From positions 28,740 to 92,739 of the forward strand of contig JBFGNS010000001.1 in assembly GCA_041574955.1 (NCBI GenBank): DNA of 64,000 bases. Direction: 5' to 3'. Position numbers and translations under genes: made by a program. This document shows positions 60,566 through 64,000 of the stretch, in pieces; position 1 is the first letter of the stretch; each line of letters opens with the position of its first letter. Under the pieces are notes generated by a model. That model was not told the DNA's origin and ran no database searches. It saw only the letters and a list, made by a program, of their open reading frames with translations. Source of the DNA: Thermoanaerobaculia bacterium (GTDB lineage Bacteria > Acidobacteriota > Thermoanaerobaculia > Multivoradales > JAHEKO01).

Positions 60566-61218
60566 GCTGTGATCGCGTGGACCGACGTCTCGAGGAGCTG
60601 GCCGCCGGCCGGCTGCTGGGCGCCGCGCGCCGCGCCGCCGAGCGCCACCTGGAGAGTTGTGCGCGCTGCCGGCAGCAGCTCCGCCTGGCGCGGCGGTTGG
60701 CGCGGGAGGTGGCCGCCCTACCGCGACGCTCGGAGCCGCGCCGCGACCTGTGGCCCGGCGTCACGCGGCGCCTCGGCCCGGCCGGACCCGGGCGTCGCGA
60801 CGCCATGGTGGGCGGCCGCGGGCCGGGTTCGGCCTGGCGGCTGGCCGCCGGTCTGGCGGTGGTGAGCGCGGGGCTGGTCGCCGGCTGGCTCGCCGGCCGG
60901 CCCGCCGCGGGTCCGGTGGCGGTGGCCGAACCGCCGGCGGCAGCCGAGGCGCCGGCAGCGGCCGCGGCGAGCGCCCGTCACGAGGCCGGCATGGACCACG
61001 CCTACCGCGACCTGGTGGTGGCGGCGGCGGAGCGGCGCGACCGGCTCGACGAAAGCGGCACCGCGGCGCTCGAAGCCGGTCTCGCCGAGCTCGAGAGGGC
61101 GGTGGCCGAGGTCGGGGAAGCCGCCACCTTCAGCCCCGGCAACCTGCGGTTGGAGCTGCTGCTGGCGGCAGCGCTGCGACGGGAATCGGAATGGGCTTCG
61201 AGGCTGCGCCAGCTGTGA
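60562..61218 (+). CDS. zf-HC2 zinc-finger anti-sigma factor
   Basis: ATGA-coupled to sigma; HLESCARCRQ (H-x3-C-x2-C), single TM. Confidence 0.7.
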   Translation: MSCDRVDRRLEELAAGRLLGAARRAAERHLESCARCRQQLRLARRLAREVAALPRRSEPRRDLWPGVTRRLGPAGPGRRDAMVGGRGPGSAWRLAAGLAVVSAGLVAGWLAGRPAAGPVAVAEPPAAAEAPAAAAASARHEAGMDHAYRDLVVAAAERRDRLDESGTAALEAGLAELERAVAEVGEAATFSPGNLRLELLLAAALRRESEWASRLRQL

Positions 61219-61265
61219 CGCCGGCCCAGGTGTCCAAGCAACGACTGTCGAAGGAGAATCGGACA

Positions 61266-62153
61266 ATGCGCAAGATCACCCTGCTGTTCCTGGCTGCGAC
61301 CGCCGTCGCCGGCGTAGCTTTCGCCGACCGCCCGGTGGACGAGACCCGGCCGGCGGCGGCGAACGCGACCATCTCGATCGAGGTCATCTCCGGCGGCGTC
61401 ACGGTGACCGGTTGGGCGCGCCCGGAGCTGTCGATCCGCGGCAGCCTGGGGGACGACGTCGAGGAGTTGCGGATCGACGGCGACCGCGACGGCTGGACGG
61501 TCAAGGTCAAGGTGCCGCGGCAGGCGGGGCGCAGGCACCGCGACATCCACGCCAACCTCGAGGTGCGCGTGCCGGCCGGCGCCAGCCTCGACGTCGAGGC
61601 GGTCAGCGCCTCGGTCGGCGCCAGCGGGCTCACCGGCCGCGTCGAGCTGTCGGCGGTGAGCGGTGACGTGACGCTCGACGGCGGCCTGGAGGAGGCCAAG
61701 CTGACCTCGATCAGCGGCGACGTGCGGTTGAAGGGGTCGGCCGGGCGGGTGACGGCCGAGGCGGTGAGCGGCGACATCGTGCTCGAAGGCGTCGGCCGCC
61801 GGGTCGCGGCCAGCACGGTGAGCGGCTCGATCGAGCTGACCGCCGGCAGCGTGGAGCGGGCGGAGCTCGAGTCGGTCTCGGGCTCCATCGACTACCGCGG
61901 CGGCCTGGCGGCCAGCGGCTCGCTCGAGGTGGACGCGCACAGTGGCAACGTCAGGCTGCAGATGCCGGCGGCAACCAGTGCGCGCTGGTCGGTGTCGACC
62001 TTCAGCGGCCGCATCGACAACGGCTTCGGGCCGCCGGCGCAGCGCGACAGCCGCCACGCCCCCGGGTCGAGCGTCGAGTTCGAGACCGGCGCGGCCGGCG
62101 GCCGGATCGAGGTGCAGACCTTCAGCGGCAACGTGACCCTGAAGCAGAGTTGA
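61266..62153 (+). CDS. DUF4097 beta-repeat putative adhesin
   Basis: Signal peptide; repeated ...SGDV.L.G... beta-strand units typical of DUF4097 found downstream of sigma/anti-sigma pairs. Confidence 0.65.
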   Translation: MRKITLLFLAATAVAGVAFADRPVDETRPAAANATISIEVISGGVTVTGWARPELSIRGSLGDDVEELRIDGDRDGWTVKVKVPRQAGRRHRDIHANLEVRVPAGASLDVEAVSASVGASGLTGRVELSAVSGDVTLDGGLEEAKLTSISGDVRLKGSAGRVTAEAVSGDIVLEGVGRRVAASTVSGSIELTAGSVERAELESVSGSIDYRGGLAASGSLEVDAHSGNVRLQMPAATSARWSVSTFSGRIDNGFGPPAQRDSRHAPGSSVEFETGAAGGRIEVQTFSGNVTLKQS

Positions 62154-62223
62154 GCTCGGACGGCCGGTGCGGGTGGCGAGTGTGGCGACTGCCATCCGCC
62201 GGCCGCTGGCCGCGCACCGTGGA

Positions 62224-62712
62224 TCAGCCGCGTTCAGGCTCGAGCAGCCGCTGCAACCGGCCGCGCGCACCAGCCAGCCGCGGCCACTCTTCGAGCGGCA
62301 GCTCGACGACCGCCAGAAAGGCGGTTTTGAGCCGCACTGTGGCGCCGGTCAGCCGGCCAACCAGCGCTTCGAGGTCGGGGTTGTGTCCGACGATCATCAC
62401 CACCCGGTCGCTCTCCCGGGCGTGGCTCGCCACCACCCGCAAGTGGCCGGACACGCCGCTGCCGTAGAGCTCGCGCGTCACGACGAAGCGCGGCTCGCAG
62501 CCGGCGGCCGCCACCACCCGGCGGGCGGTGTCATGGGCGCGCCGCGCGCTCGAGGTGGTCACCAGGTCGGGCAGCAGGTCGAGCTCCGCGAGCAGCTCGC
62601 CGATGCGCTTGGCGGCACGCCGCCCGCGCTTCTTGAGCGGCCGGTCGTGATCGGCCAACGCCGGGTCGGACCAGCTCGACTTGCCGTGTCGCAGGACCAG
62701 CAGGGTCTTCAC
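62224..62712 (-). CDS. histidine phosphatase family protein (SixA-like phosphohistidine phosphatase)
   Basis: LVLRHGKS (RHG catalytic motif), 162 aa. Confidence 0.7.
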   Translation of the reverse strand: MKTLLVLRHGKSSWSDPALADHDRPLKKRGRRAAKRIGELLAELDLLPDLVTTSSARRAHDTARRVVAAAGCEPRFVVTRELYGSGVSGHLRVVASHARESDRVVMIVGHNPDLEALVGRLTGATVRLKTAFLAVVELPLEEWPRLAGARGRLQRLLEPERG

Positions 62713-62734
62713 GGTACCGTCCGGCCGCCGTCGC

Positions 62735-63496
62735 TCAGCTCAACAGATCGACGATCTCGGGCACGCTGCCACGCTCACCGAGCCGCACCAGCCAGGTGGT
62801 GAGCCGGGTGAGCGGCGGCGGATCCCGGACCAGCCGGCCGAGCAGCGCGACCTTGAGGTCGGTGCGGGCGATCTCGCGGGCCTGCGCGCCGGGGTCGAGC
62901 GGCGCCAGCCTGCGCGCCAACTCCCAGGCGCGCCCCCGCGCCTCGCTCATCGAGAAGTTGATCACCGCATCCTCGCGGTCGCCGGCCAGCCGGTCCAGCC
63001 GGCGCAGCTTCGGCCACACCTCGCTCAGCTCCTGCTTGACGCCGTCGACGAGCGACGCCAGCACGTCGTTGATCTTGTTGAAGTCGCCGGCCAGCGCCGG
63101 CAGCTCGTCGCCGGGTGCGGTTCGCGCCGCCGCGATACCCAGGTCCAGGTTGATGTGGGCGTTCATGCCGAGCAGCAGATGCTGCAGGACGATCGGCCGC
63201 CAGCGGCGGGCGGCGTCGAACGCCAGCCGCCAGCTGGCGCTCGGCGGCTCGCCCCGGCTGTAGCGCTGGTAGGCGTCTAGGTAGCGGTTGGCGAACACCA
63301 CGTCGAGCCGCTCCATGCGGGAGCCATCCTCGAACTCGCCGGCGGCGATGCCCTCGCGCACCCGCACGGTGACCTTGCGGTACAAAGCGGCGAAGTAGCC
63401 GTTGCGGCTGGCCTGCCGCCGGCAGCTGTCGACGATCTCGTCGAGGGCGGCGACAACCTCGTCGATCGAGCGCGCGCCGCCCGTCTCACCGCTCAC
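62735..63496 (-). CDS. DUF5995-like hypothetical protein
   Basis: GTGA overlap with PilZ gene stop; conserved-looking helical protein, family call tentative. Confidence 0.4.
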   Translation of the reverse strand: MSGETGGARSIDEVVAALDEIVDSCRRQASRNGYFAALYRKVTVRVREGIAAGEFEDGSRMERLDVVFANRYLDAYQRYSRGEPPSASWRLAFDAARRWRPIVLQHLLLGMNAHINLDLGIAAARTAPGDELPALAGDFNKINDVLASLVDGVKQELSEVWPKLRRLDRLAGDREDAVINFSMSEARGRAWELARRLAPLDPGAQAREIARTDLKVALLGRLVRDPPPLTRLTTWLVRLGERGSVPEIVDLLS

Positions 63497-63816
63497 GGCG
63501 ACGAGATGACGAACTCGATGCCGGCGCGGTACGGCGGAAGCCAGTCGCCGTAATGCGGATCTGCGCTCGGGACCATCCGGCACCAGACCACCCGCCCCCT
63601 CATCCGTACCCGGCTGCCCGGCGCGCCGAAGGTGAAGAAGTACTCCTTGTTCACCGCCAGGCCCGACCAGGTGCGCACTGCCATGCCGCCCGCGCTGATG
63701 GTCAGCACCTCGCCCTCGACCGGCTGCACCAGCGGCATGTCGCGCAGCTGCCTGCGCTCGTGGCGGCGCAGCCCGGACTCTTCTGCGGTCCCCTGAGCTG
63801 CTGCAGGCTCGGTCAT
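63493..63816 (-). CDS. PilZ domain protein (c-di-GMP binding)
   Basis: RRHERRQ (RxxxR) and LTISAGGMAV (D/NxSxxG-like) PilZ motifs. Confidence 0.6.
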   Translation of the reverse strand: MTEPAAAQGTAEESGLRRHERRQLRDMPLVQPVEGEVLTISAGGMAVRTWSGLAVNKEYFFTFGAPGSRVRMRGRVVWCRMVPSADPHYGDWLPPYRAGIEFVISSP

Positions 63817-63880
63817 CGACTGTCGGCTCCGTGGCCGGGATTCTACACGACGCACCGCCGGCCGCCAGCCGGGCCGCGCG

Positions 63881-64000
63881 TCAGAACCTCAGCAGCACAC
63901 CTGCCCAGTGGAAGCCGGCGCCGAAGGCGGCCAGCAGCACCAGATCGCCCGGCGCGATTCGTCCCTGCTGTCGCGCTTCCCACAGCGCCAGGGGCACCGA
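63881..64000 (-). CDS. fabH: 3-oxoacyl-ACP synthase III, C-terminal fragment (gene continues beyond window)
   Basis: ...[24 protein letters not shown] typical FabH C-terminus. Confidence 0.65.
   Translation of the reverse strand, partial: SVPLALWEARQQGRIAPGDLVLLAAFGAGFHWAGVLLRF

Overview
The window is high-GC (about 70%) DNA, probably from a Gram-negative bacterium, since it encodes a TonB-dependent receptor and a Tsx-like outer-membrane channel. I found about 55 plausible genes, a strong bidirectional terminator, two candidate promoters and two repeat families, and no rRNA, tRNA, CRISPR array or transposase. All domain assignments come from reading motifs by eye, and no database search was run. 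Start codons were checked against the ORF-track arithmetic; uncertain ones are flagged in the evidence and remain approximate.

The dominant feature is a roughly 25-kb purine/urate catabolism island at about 10.3-35.4 kb. It matches the recently described anaerobic 'ygeW-ssnA' urate-utilisation cluster, but ygeX and hyuA are absent from the whole island.
- **Catabolic enzymes:** a knotted carbamoyltransferase (YgeW-type), a carbamate kinase, two-subunit xanthine dehydrogenase (XdhA/XdhB), a YgeY-like M20 peptidase, a CDA-fold deaminase, an SsnA-like amidohydrolase and an XdhD-like fused Fe-S/molybdopterin oxidoreductase.
- **Unassigned member:** an Fe-S protein at 19453-21507 with a DHODH/DPD-like TIM-barrel region and two [4Fe-4S] motifs, possibly YgfK-like.
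- **Transport:** two NCS2 nucleobase permeases, a BMP-type ABC nucleoside importer, a Tsx-like channel and a ThrE-family exporter.
- **Repeat:** a conserved ~75-bp inverted repeat brackets the Fe-S/M20 pair.

Outside the island the window contains:
- a secreted-protease operon (two trypsin-like S1 peptidases, an orphan lipoprotein and an MBL-fold hydrolase);
- two peptidoglycan peptidases (M15 and M14) and a secreted RNase T2;
- a SWIM-SNF2 helicase and a standalone ArsC;
- an ECF sigma / FecR / TonB-dependent transducer signalling module;
- a second sigma operon (small acidic protein, ECF sigma, zf-HC2 anti-sigma, DUF4097);
- an SBP3 protein translationally coupled to a DAACS symporter;
- an orphan propeller histidine kinase and a FetAB-like exporter;
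- an SCP2-R2lox fusion;
- a SixA / DUF5995 / PilZ trio;
- a duplicated C-terminal fragment of a CRTAC1/ASPIC gene.

Many very long ORFs in the track are antisense or alternate-frame artefacts of the GC content and were rejected.
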